From the NCBI GenBank assembly GCA_951406725.2, contig OX597817.1:126170001-126234000 (forward strand): 64,000 nt of DNA. Direction: 5' to 3'. The first letter of the stretch is position 1. Each line of letters begins with the position of its first letter. Below, piece after piece: positions 28,442 through 40,344 of this stretch. The stretch comes from Octopus vulgaris. Its lineage: Eukaryota. The notes beneath the pieces were generated by a model that was not told the DNA's origin, did not search any database, and saw only the letters and a program-made list of their open reading frames with translations. The translations under genes were made by a program, and so were the position numbers.

Positions 28442-30316
28442 TTCTATTTATAAATGTTTTATAATCTTTCATAGCCTTGGATTTTTATCTCATTCTAAAC
28501 ATTTATGTACATATATATAGTTCAAAACATAGGAATGAACACATGCAAAAACAGAACACGAAATACGATTATAACGGCATTTTCGCAAAAGGAACCAGAA
28601 GAAATTGAAATATTGAGTGGGAGAGATTTGGCAATGTTGTTAGACAACAACATATTTCTAGTGTGACAAGAGAAAATCTCACTCTGAGGAATTTCAACTT
28701 ATTTACTAGCTTAGTCACCAGCGTGAAAAATATAAAATGAACACGTAAACACTATTTCTGTGTTTCAAGTAATTTCACCTCTAAGCAGGAATTGAAATTT
28801 AAACAATTTCAAAATATTTGAGGTTGAATAATTTGCGTTGAGAAAAATTACTCAATAAATGACTAAGAGAGAATAACAGAAATTCAGTAAATAACTAAAA
28901 GAGAATAACAGAAAATGTTCCGTATATCAGATAACTGTTCCAAATATTCGTTCATGCTTTCGATCTGCTTAAACTTTCACAGCAAAGCATTGTCGAAGCG
29001 ATGTCATCTAAAGATTAGTAAATTTCATTGACTTGCCAAATGATGAAATAATGCATTAAAAAGTTTTCAGAAGTTTCCTCATGCCTAATTTGTAATTTTA
29101 GCTCATGATCCTAACGTGTTGCAGCGATGTAATTTTTTAATGAGTCAAAATTCGCATCATTGCATGAAGAAAATTAGTTATAGTATAGATTTGCAGTGCG
29201 CCGGTTGGGCAAGAGCAATGAATTCTTCTGTCTTACATACATATTAATGAGTCAACCCCAATCTCGTATAAAATATATCTTCACATAATTTGAAATCCCT
29301 GTGTGATTCCAATATGTAATTTAACAGCAGTTATATTTCAGATTATCGGTTGGCGCACATTTAATTTATGTCGATGAATGCCGACTTTGTTGTTAGCCTC
29401 TCTCCAAACTACATACTCTCTTGTAAATTTATTGGTTTATTCATTAGTAGTGGCTTGCACAGAGACACCATTTAAATATTTTCATCGTTCATATTAAATC
29501 TAGTAATTATCAGCGACTGGAACATATTGTAACGTTTGACAAATCTTTCAAACATACGCTCAAAGCAACTGAACCGTATAACCTGGAAATAAAACATCTG
29601 AAGCGCATACAGATACAAAAAATGTTCGACATGTTTGTACTCAAATACAGACACAACCACACGTCCACATGCAACACGCACTCAAAAGCATGTCTGCATA
29701 GGTTCTATCAATCATGCACTAATTAGCAATATTTGCCGTAAAGGAAACGTCTCAAAAGTCAATTTCTAAAATCAGAATTCGTACTAAGCCATTGCGTTGT
29801 TGCAAGAAAACTTTGGAATAGAATGTCTGTGACTATCGACGTCTTGTTTTTAAACATTATATTTTATATATAAGTTTGCTGATAATTAATTGCGAATAAT
29901 TGTAAGGTAGGCATACATCAAAGCAAATATGTTTATTATTTCCTATAACACTACTAAATTTCGCCTTGCAAATTTAAGATATCAAAGAAGGAAAACAATA
30001 ATATTAGATCTCTTTCAAATCATTTGGTCTTTCCCAGATTTACTCTAGCCAAAGTAACATATCATACGGTCGGATAATATGAAATCGATATATTCTACCA
30101 ATATTAATTTACACGACAGCGGACGATGTTGCGGCTACAGCATATGAAGCTATAAACTCTATGTTATGAATCTATCACATATATTTGAATGAAAACATAA
30201 AAGTGCAGCATACTTAAGCAAATACATTCCACACAAATTACGTAGATTGACACCCGGACAGAAGACATATACGTGTATTTGTATTTGTGTCTGTGTGATA
30301 TATATATATATATTAT

Positions 30317-30456
<140 letters not shown>

Positions 30457-30607
30457 TTGTTGAAATGGAAAGATGAATTATCTTGTTACGGATTATTCAA
30501 AAGTTTAACCGATACCTGGGTAGCAAAAATCACAGCAGAAAAAACACGGTTAGAGTTATGACCATAGGGTGTTGCAACCGTGCGTTGGCGCGGATAATTG
30601 AAGTTTA

Positions 30608-31053
30608 ATATAATTAGTGAATGGAACAAATAGAGCTGAACGAAGATTCTACAGAATTCCTTTTATTACATTCTACACATGTTTCAAAGGCCACAAATTT
30701 CCAAATTCTGATTGAATAAAGATACCATATTGCAGCTTTCTCTTCAGGAAAATCCAGGAATTACGATGTCCAAACAAAACAAAGGCGCAGCAAGCAACTC
30801 GAACAAGAACGCTCCCTAGGAGCCCATGAAGTGGGGTAAACTGTTTCTCAATGTCTTGTTCGAGTTGCTTGCTGCGCCTTTGTTTTGTTTGGACAACGTA
30901 ATTCCTGGATTTTCCTGAGAGAAGGCTGCAATATGGTATCCTTATTCAATCAGAATTTGGAAATTTGTGGCCTTTGAAACATGTGTAGAATGTAATAAAA
31001 GGAATTCTGTAGAATCTTCGTTCAGCTCCATTTCTTCCATTCACTAATTATAT
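30608..31053. mobile_element. Fold-back element 2: ~200-bp near-perfect inverted arms
   Basis: 30608-30808 vs 30854-31053, 45-bp spacer, runs into (TA)n. Outer end GAGCTGAACGA...CAGAATT..TTTATT is homologous to the element at 38822. Confidence 0.92.
30655..30762 (-). ncRNA. Type I hammerhead-like motif (mirror copy at 30900-31006 on +)
   Basis: Minus strand: AATTCCTGGATTTTC-CTGAAGA-GAAAGCTGCAA...TTGTGGCCTTT-GAAA-CATGTG-TA-GAATGT..AGGAATT. The + copy lacks one core base (CTGAGA). Confidence 0.68.
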
Positions 31054-31071
31054 ATATATATATATATATAT

Positions 31072-31376
31072 GAGGCGCAATGGCCCAGTTGTTAGGGCAG
31101 CGGAGTCGCGGTCGTAGGATCGTGGTTTCGATTCCCAGACCGGGCGTTGTGAGTGTTTATTGAGCGAAAACTCCTAAAGCTCCACGAGGCTCTGGCAGGG
31201 GGTGGTGGCGATCCCTGCTGTACTCTTTCGCCACAACTTTCTCTCACGCTTTCTTCTGTCGGCCTGCTCGCTTAGCCAGCGGGGTGGCGTCACTTGAAGG
31301 CTAAAACAATTCAAAGCGCACTGTGACCAGCAATGTGTAACAACATCTGATAGCTTGGTCGGTCACAGTGATCACG

Positions 31377-31380
<4 letters not shown>
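31072..31380 (+). mobile_element. tRNA-derived SINE family C, full length, inserted in (TA)n
   Basis: A box TGGCCCAGTTGTTAG, B box GGTTTCGATTCCC, 3' hairpin GTGACCAG...TGGTCGGTCAC, (TA)n on both sides; second copy at 39213. Confidence 0.85.
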
Positions 31381-31421
<41 letters not shown>

Positions 31422-32667
31422 GTATATGTATGTATAAATATTATCGGTCGCATGTTCATAGTGTATATATTTTGTTTGAACGGCCATTTGCTGAGAGACA
31501 GCGTCCCGCGAAATCTTCCTACACGTATTAAAGAACTCCGAGATAAGTCGCCCAGAAGTGATCGTGTATGAGAGGTACCAATCATTAAAGCCATTACTAA
31601 TCAACTTACTCAGATCAACTTGAGAAGAAATGAATCACTAGTTTGGAACTTTTATGCGGTGATTCATTCCCTTTCTGTGTAATAAATCACCGTATCCTAA
31701 TATTAACCAATGCCTTAGGAAACATATAGTGCATAAGTACTCGGTCACTTCTCATGGTTCATAACATTTTTACATTGGTGCGTCGTCTTACCTCATTAGA
31801 TATTTGCTAGAATAACCACACATCTATATTTAAGCATAAGTAATAGCCTAACAGTACATCTCTACCTAAATTTATACTTTCTATCACTGATAATAATACT
31901 GAATTTAAATTGCTTCGATTGTTTTATATAATGCACAATCATATAATGGTGGCGGTGTCTGGTGTGGGTTCTGCGTATGCGAAGCATTTAATATTAGTAA
32001 AATTAAATCAATTATTATTAATATGGATAGATTGTAAGTTACCAGCACCTTATATATAAATCTTTCCTATATTCTAACTATACATTATTATATTTACACT
32101 AATAAATTTCACAAAACTATTATGTATATACACTAATAAATTCTGCTTCACCTTAGAAATAGATAATGTATTAGACTGTATTCAGAGCAATTTGTAAGAA
32201 TACTTATAACCCATTAATACCGGCAACTAGATACAAATCGTTCATATATGCTAGTTAATTTCATTCATTCATTTACCATAAATTGGTCTTACCGCAATAA
32301 CAGATAAGGTATTAAAACGTATCCAGATATTCTGCTCCCTTTATGAATACAAGTAAATAATCTCCTACGTGTTATATTTTCATGTTAGGGAGAGATAAAT
32401 TATTAGACTATATTCAAACAATTTACTATTTTCAAAAACACTTATCTGCCATACATGTTAGCACCTGAAAGATAATTCCCATCTGATAACTACTATAAAT
32501 AGTAAATTGATTATCAAACATACAAAAATAAATTTTAACGTAGACCAATGCAAAGGAAAAATTCTCACTTCAGTTAGCCACAATTTAGCCTCAACCTTCT
32601 GATAATGTATTAAACTATATTCAGATATTCAACTAATGTAAGATACATATTCTTCTCTGTGCTATGC

Positions 32668-32790
32668 ACAAGAGACGAAGTTTTTGGAGAGGCAGCCAGT
32701 CGATTAGATCGATCCCAGTACGCAACTGGAATTTAATTTATCGACGACGAAAGGATGAAGGGCAAAGTCGACCTCGGCGGAATTTGAACG
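32668..32790 (-). mobile_element. SINE family B fragment
   Basis: Reverse complement of the core (AAAGGATGAAGGGCAAAGTCGACCTCGGCGGAATTTGAAC). Confidence 0.8.
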
Positions 32791-32922
32791 GCTTGCTAAC
32801 ATTTCCGCCAGGTCACCACATATTACCAGTTGACATAATATTCCAGTGTAAGTTGTTTAACGCGTGGACAATTTGTTTATTTATTATTGAAGTTGCTATC
32901 ATTATTTTGAAACTCTGCACAA

Positions 32923-32989
<67 letters not shown>

Positions 32990-33272
32990 GTATATATATA
33001 TATATATATATAGTAAAGTTTATTTGCCAACGTAAAGTGAGAGTCCTGTACAAGGAAGATTTTGAAGTTACTGCTTCAGTATATGCGAGGGAGATAACAC
33101 ACATAGATCTTGGTTTCTGAATAATTATCCGTCATAAGTGTGAAACAATCACCGGCTAATTATGGGGCTTACTCCACTTACAGATACTACATATATGTTC
33201 AAGCGACACAGTCGCTGATCTCGTTACGAGAAAAAAAAAACTTGTTTTAAATCTCTGAGCGAAGGATGTGCA

Positions 33273-33310
<38 letters not shown>

Positions 33311-33435
33311 ATGTATGTATGTATATATGTATGTATGTATATGTGCGTGTGTATGCCTTTAATCTAATATCTGTATGAACACACACACACACATGCACAC
33401 ACACACACACACACGCATATATATATATATATATA

Positions 33436-34417
33436 TATAAGAAAAAGGGACAGGCAAAACAGGTTGCTTGACCGCATACCGAAAAAATAGAAATAGCAGT
33501 CAAGAATGCTTATTTCTATCAAAGTTGGACTCCGGGCATGACAGACCCTGTAATTCACATATGCAAAACAGAAGGAATAGATAACGAATACGAAGTCTGG
33601 CGGTTATCTGTGAACATCATGTTTCTGGATTATAAACATATTGAATATATATTCCATATATTTTTGATATATATTTCATATACATTGCAAATATATTTCA
33701 CATCCTTCTTCAGCACAGCTTTCCATTGAAAAAGATTTATCATAGATTTATCAAATGCTACGTACCTCAAACCTTCTGACCATGCGACATCAAAATATTT
33801 GAAGAAAGTGAGCAAAGGCTAAAACTACATAGACGTTTGAATTCATAAATCTTCCCTCCAAAATTTTGCCATGCGCATTACAGTTAGGTTGTCAAAGGGA
33901 GTGAAAAATCCAAATAGTAATATAATGATAAGAGTAAATAATTTCTATAAAGGCTTTTAAAAAAACCCAATTATTTACTGGTAGAATTCGGTATGTAAAT
34001 ATAGCCGATTACCGACAGGAACTTCTGTAAAGTTCAGTATATATATTGTATATAAGAAAAAGGGACAGGCAAAAATATATGGAATATATATTCAATATGT
34101 TTATAATCCAGAAACATGATGTTCACAGATAACCGCCAGACTTCGTATTCGTTATCTATTCCTTCTGTTTTGCATATGTGAATTACAGGGTCTGTCATGC
34201 CCGAGTCCAACTTTGATAGAAATAAGCATTCTTGACTGCTATTTCTATTTTTTCGTATGCGGTCAAGCAACCTGTTTTGCCTGTCCTTTTTCTTATATAC
34301 AATATATATACTGAACTTTACAGAAGTTCCTGCCGGTAATCGGCTATATTACATACCGAATTCTACCAGTAAATAATTGGGGTTTTTTAAAAGCCTTTAT
34401 AGAAATTATTTACTCTT

Positions 34418-34422
<5 letters not shown>
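33436..34422. mobile_element. Fold-back element 3: permuted double inversion between (TA)n tracts
   Basis: A (33436-33666) pairs with A' (34070-34299); B (33925-34074) pairs with B' (34275-34422); ~24-bp direct repeat TATAAGAAAAAGGGACAGGCAAAA at ~33436 and ~34051. Confidence 0.9.
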
Positions 34423-34463
<41 letters not shown>

Positions 34464-35455
34464 TATGTCCATATACAGTTGTATGGTTGTTTTCTTAACT
34501 TCTATATAAATGGGTATTTCTTAGCATTTGTACTATATATATATATAGTCTATAAATATATTAGCTTATATGAATACATGCATATATATATATAATTACA
34601 TTGTATGTATATATATATGCATTAGTGTGTGTGTTTATGAGTATGCGCATGTGTGTATATATAACTGTATATAATTGTACAAGAATTTCCCGTATATGAT
34701 TGTGTCTGTAGGTGCATATGTTCATGTATTTATATTCATGTATATTTATACTTACATTATTTGTATATGCATATGCTTTTGCTTGTATTTGGATATATGA
34801 GTGTTTTTATGTAGGTGTGAAAGTTGTTCTGTTCTCAATACAGTTCATTTTGAGAGAAATATATTTTGAGGTATTTGCCCTTTTAACCCAGTTTGAAAAT
34901 AATAGTTCACACTATTTCGTTGGTTTAATCTTTACACCTCCAGGTGTCTGTTCCCTGCTGAATTCATTACATTAACATATAATATTTTTTATATGTCCAT
35001 TTATATAAATTCAAGAACTCTATATTTAGTAAAACTCCTTTGCTTTCTCTCCAATCACTTCCTGTCTTTTGTGAAAATTCACGCCGCTCATTTCCCTGAA
35101 GTTAGAAAATGAAACAAAATATATTTATTACTCATATTCAATTTAATGGCCATACCAAGCTAAATATAACTTGTGTCGGTCTACCATATAAAGGGTAAAT
35201 TTTGCATGTATACTTTGTTTTGAAGAAGTAGTATCGCAAATGTTTCTGGTGATCTGATGAGCTAACTTTTCTGATCTGCACTAATGTCTTTATATACAAT
35301 TGTAAATTGTGCACTAAGCATATTTGCTGAGACGTATGAAATAATTTACTATAACGTGAAATTATTATTATATGATAAAGGCTGCGAAATGGGCATAGTC
35401 TTAAAGATAAATGGTTTAATATATATGTGGGTGTATACACACACACACACACATG

Positions 35456-35488
<33 letters not shown>

Positions 35489-35497
35489 ATATATTTT

Positions 35498-35532
<35 letters not shown>

Positions 35533-35599
35533 GTATTATATCTACTAAATATTGGGTGTGTGTTGCATCACAACAACAAAAGTAATTTTTTCTGAGAGA

Positions 35600-36508
35600 C
35601 ATTACTGCATGGAATGAAGCACTCTGACATGGGGGATGCAGAAGTACACGTATCAAAGGATACCATAGTGCGAAAAGACAGAAGGGAAAGGAGACGTGGT
35701 GGAGTTGCAGCATGTGTCCGTGAAGACCTCACACCCCAGGTGTTACTGTCATATTCAAATTCTGTATGTGCCATTCTAATTGTATACACAAGACAACACA
35801 ATATTGTAATATGCTACAAATATCGCCCACTGTATGCTTCAAACCACATAGGCAAGCTTAGAGATTGCCTCAAAAGAATCAAAGAAATCCTCGTGAAACT
35901 GGAAAACCATGCGAGCGTATACGTATGGGTGATATCAACTTCCCCAATGTCTAATCCCGAAGGCCTCATGCTCTCAGGAATGCCTCATTGCAAACAAGCA
36001 CAGGTGAGGTCTCTGCTCAACCTCACTAATGCCCAATTCATGGAGCAGGTTCTGCTCATACTAACTTGGGTGAATAACATTTTGGATCTGTGCTTCTCGA
36101 ATACTACGTTATGTAGTAATATATACCTGGAAGATCCTGGAAGAAATAGTGCCAAATTTTAGCATTGAAAGCTATACAACTGGTGAAATGGTTCGACACT
36201 GCAAAGAGCCAAAGATCTCAGCAATGCCATCACGCTTCAAGACCAGTCAGAGCAACTACCTATGTTTCAGAGGACCACAACTATCTAATATTCTCCTAAA
36301 GGGCCTGGGATATAGGTGTTTCAAAACAAAATATGACATCTTGTTGAGAGCCTCACATGAACCTAACTGCGGCAAGAGGTGCAAATGAAAGCAGCGACAT
36401 CAAACGCTCTTATTCACCGAATGACACATATTAGAGGACGCTCTCAATACTAGTAGTGTAGCAAAACGACAGTAGCCCAGCATGGTCACGGCTTATGAGC
36501 TGAAACTA
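35600..36508 (+). mobile_element. CR1-group LINE remnant: APE endonuclease joined directly to the ORF2 C-terminus and 3' UTR
   Basis: RKDRRERRRGGVA, YRP and NNILDLCF endonuclease motifs, then at ~36100 RYVVIYTWKILEEIVPNF...FRGPQL.NIL and tail CCCAGCATGGTCACGGCTTATGAGCTGAAACTA. Confidence 0.85.
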
Positions 36509-36509
36509 G

Positions 36510-36592
<83 letters not shown>

Positions 36593-36746
36593 TGTATGTA
36601 TACAAATAATCGATTTTTGAGTTCGATTCTTACTGAGGTTAGTTCCTCAATTTTCACTCAATATTTTAAAATTAGTCACTTCAAATCGGAAAATAGATAT
36701 CATTATAATATATATTACATATATCGTTATCACACACGCATATATA

Positions 36747-36789
<43 letters not shown>

Positions 36790-38335
36790 TATGCCAAAAT
36801 ATAGACATGCATGCACACATTCAGACGCGTGCGCGCACGCACACATACTCACACTCATTTACAAACACAAATGTGTGTTTTTGTATTTAAACAAAATTTT
36901 GTCTAACATCCTTGGTATACAGAGAAATTAAGTAAGTGATCCCTGCAGCGTGGTGATATCAAGGAATAAAAACAAAAATATTTCTTGTATCACCTTTCAT
37001 AAATGTTTATCTACTATGTAATATTTTCGGAAAAATGTCATGTTTCTCATATAAATATGATAATAAAGAGCTCGTAGGAATATTTTGTTATCTCCAGGCC
37101 ATACTTGCGTATACACACACACACACACAGACAGAGTTGATATTAGCTTCTATTACAGATGTATTAGTACGGACTGTTGTATTATATGACAAGTGACTGC
37201 AGGTGCTATTAACTAAATCCACGCTACCAACATTACTGTATATTCAGCAAACATTGATAACACAGCATACATTTTTTAAGATTGATAGAAATAAACGATG
37301 TACAGTGAGCAAGGAAATACATGGAGCACTACCCATCAGTCATGAAACACATGCAAGCCAACTATAATATTGTCTCACAAATGAAATGATTTATGTTCAC
37401 CTATAAAATATTGTCCAGTCTATCGTTTCCGCCTTTCTAATTCTTTAACTCTCTAGGTTATTGTTTCCCTTTTGGCCTCACACATCTTTTCATTTCTTCG
37501 CTTTTGTATTACTCCCATTCTCCCTTTCTCCAAATTTCATAGACTATTGTTGTTTTCCACTTATTCTGTTTTGTTTATTATTCATCAAGTATTATACTAG
37601 GTTACACTCCTGTAAATCAGTCATATTTATAATATGAAGAAAATATTGTTTGCTATTTCTGTAAACTTTCTATTTGTGCTATTTTTGCTAGCAGTCTCTG
37701 CATTTCGTAATTTCTTTTTAGTTCCGTCATCTTTACCAGGGTGACTTATGTGAGAATCAAACAAGTAGTGTGAGACACATGACAGGGTTTAAACTCTATT
37801 TCATGAAGGTGTTTTATGACCAAAGTGTAACTTGAACTGAAGTGTTATATTTCTATTTCAATTTGCTTTTGATTATATTAACTACGATTTTCAGAAGCCT
37901 GACAGTAATGAATCTTCGTCGTATAGATCGAAAGGAAGGACCAAAGAATTAATTTCCTCGTCAAAGATAATACAAAGAAAGACAAACAGCAAAACAAAAC
38001 AAAAAAACGTGGGCATGTGACTTAAGGAGATTCAATTCCATACACAGAGCGAAAATTGTTTCTTGACTCTATTGCTAAAGAACACCTTATGAATTCTTAA
38101 AGTAAGCATTGTCTGATAGGAGAGTGATATAAATTCATATTAAAATTGTTAAATCCGTACGAATATAACCACTATGGCATAGGGTAATGTGCAAAGAATG
38201 AAAAAAAAAAACACCCCCAAAATATTAGAAGCTAAAAATAATTTTATTACCGTGCGTATAGATTGAAACTATAACCTCCGACTGACCAAATTTGCGATAT
38301 AACCTTTTACCAAATAAAAAAACAAACACACACAT

Positions 38336-38371
<36 letters not shown>

Positions 38372-38821
38372 GCATACACATACATACATACATACATACA
38401 CGTACAAAAAAGATATTACACGCAGACATAAATATAAATGAATCCCTGAATGATAATCACGTGTATTACGTTACTTTTGTAACGTATATGCTAAGTATGC
38501 CATTTTCCCATCACCAACGACACTGATCAAAAATGAGTTAAATGGTATTTGATCAATCAACACAATTATTTGCATCTGAATTTAAGTGGTAGTGCCGTAA
38601 CAATCTACAGCTGTATTAGCCTCAGACATATCTTCAGGCAAAATCAATGTGTCATATTGTGTGCTTGCGCGTCTATTATGTATATGACAATGATGTATAT
38701 CTTGTATTAAATGTTCATTCCAACCGACTGTCTTTGGTAAGTTTCTATTGATATCCTCTCCCGATAAACAATATATATATATATATATATATAATTGTTT
38801 CAAAAATATAAAGATATGCAG

Positions 38822-39194
38822 GAATGGAGCTGAACGACGAATTAGCAGAATTTCTTTATTTTCGACATATGTTTCGAAGGATGCATATTCCTAATTGCGA
38901 AGGAATAAGGTGTACATTATGCCGCTTTCATCAGGAAAAGCAAGGAACTTATGTCAACATCAAAATGCACAAAAAACTTTTAGATGATTGCTCACATGGA
39001 GCCCATCGCTATAGGCTCCGTGTGAGCAATCATCAAAAAGTTTTTGTGCATTTTGATGTTGACATAAGTTCCTTGATTTTCCTGATGAAAGCGGCATAAT
39101 GTACTCCTTATTCCTTCGCAATTAGGAATATGCACCCTTCGAAACACATGTCGAAAATAAAGAAATTTTGCTAATTCGTCGTTCGGCTCCATTC
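38822..39194. mobile_element. Fold-back element 4: ~182-bp arms around a 10-nt loop
   Basis: 38822-39003 vs 39014-39194, about 9 differences by eye; the mirror ORFs 38824-39099 and 38992-39192 in the track reflect this palindrome. Confidence 0.95.
39066..39168 (+). ncRNA. Type I hammerhead ribozyme motif (mirror copy at 38848-38950 on -)
   Basis: ATTTTC-CTGATGA(39082-88)-AAGCGGCATA...TATGCACCCTTC-GAAA(39141-44)-CACATG-TC-GAAAAT. Perfect 6-bp stem I with imperfect extension, GUC triplet, predicted cut after 39152; the minus copy has palindromic CATATG in stem III. Confidence 0.78.
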
Positions 39195-39212
39195 TTTCAT
39201 ATATTTATATTT

Positions 39213-39386
39213 CAGCAGGGATCCCTGCTGTACTCTTTCACCACTCTTTCTTCCACTCTTTCTTCTGTTGGCCTGCTCGCTTAGCCAGCGGGTTGGCGTC
39301 ATTCGAATGCTAAAACAATGCGAACGCATTGTGACCAGTGATGTGTAACTACATCTGATGCACTGGTCGGTCACGTGATCACGTGA
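39213..39386 (+). mobile_element. SINE family C, 5'-truncated
   Basis: Matches 31210-31380 (GATCCCTGCTGTACTCTTTC...GGCCTGCTCGCTTAGCCAGCGGG...GGTCGGTCAC). Confidence 0.85.
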
Positions 39387-39540
39387 TATATGAATATATA
39401 TATGTATATATATATATATACATACATATACATATATGAATATATATACATAAATATATATATATATATGAATATATATATATATATTTATAAATAAAAT
39501 TATACAAATATATATATAAAAATATAAATAAATACATATA

Positions 39541-39571
<31 letters not shown>

Positions 39572-39594
39572 CTTTATTTATTTATTTATTTATT

Positions 39595-40340
39595 ATAGTT
39601 TCAGCTCAGAGCTGTGGCCATGCTGGGTCAACGCCGTTTTACCTACACTGTTATTACTAAGAGCCTCCTCTAATATGTGGTACTTGGTGAAGAATAGTGT
39701 TTGATGTCGCTACCGTCATTTGCACCTCTTGCACGATACCCTAGTCATAACGATGTTGTGAAGATTAATTACAAGTAAATATAGAAACGTTAAATATGTG
39801 ACTATGAAAGATACAAAGATACAGAACGAAACAAATGTAATTGCCGAGTTCATATGGCACACTCGACAGGAAGAGATCCAGGTCTGATTTCAAAGCATCT
39901 ACATCCCCTTTATGTTGGTCTTTCAGGCTCTTTAGGAGAATATTAAAAAGCTGTGGGACCCTGAAACCTAAGCTGTTGCAATAACTGGTACTGAAGCGTG
40001 ATGGAATTGCTGGGATATTTTGCACTGTGCAGCATCGACCCGTTCTGGCATTGGTGTAGATTTCAATGCCAAAATTTGGCTCAATTTGTTCCAGGATCTT
40101 CCAGATATATAGTACTGCATACATCTGCCGCCTTCGCTCCAGGGAGTAGGGTATTACCTGCTTCAGCCTTTCCCATTAGCTGAGCTGTTGCAATGAGACA
40201 ATCTTCTTTGTGAAGCTTCGCTGGGTTCCTTTAAGGTTTCTCCGTTAATGTTACGCTCTTGGGTGAGCATAGCTGGGGACAGTAATCCAGGCGGCTGATG
40301 ACGAATGTTCTCCAGAGGACCAACATCGTTGCCTTGTTGG
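39595..40340 (-). mobile_element. CR1-group LINE 3' fragment, same family as 35600-36508
   Basis: LWRTFVISRLDYC, QRSFTKKI, WERL...YSLERRR, IWKILEQIEPNFG, PQLFNIL; tail CCCAGCATGGCCACAGCTCTGAGCTGAAACTA followed by (AAAT)n. Confidence 0.88.
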
Positions 40341-40344
40341 CAAT

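Larger units (their letters stand above)
27949..28499. mobile_element. Fold-back element 1: ~200-bp inverted arms, probably Penelope pLTR-derived
   Basis: 27949-28147 is the reverse complement of 28299-28499 (moderately diverged), with a ~150-bp spacer; each arm holds a hammerhead-like motif. Confidence 0.85.

Noticed and set aside
31072-31145. tRNA-like sequence
   Set aside because: It is the head of a SINE that continues into a repeat body, not a stand-alone tRNA gene.
38824-39192. Pair of near-identical opposite-strand ORFs (MELNDEL.../MEPNDEL...)
   Set aside because: A by-product of the DNA palindrome; no protein family resemblance.
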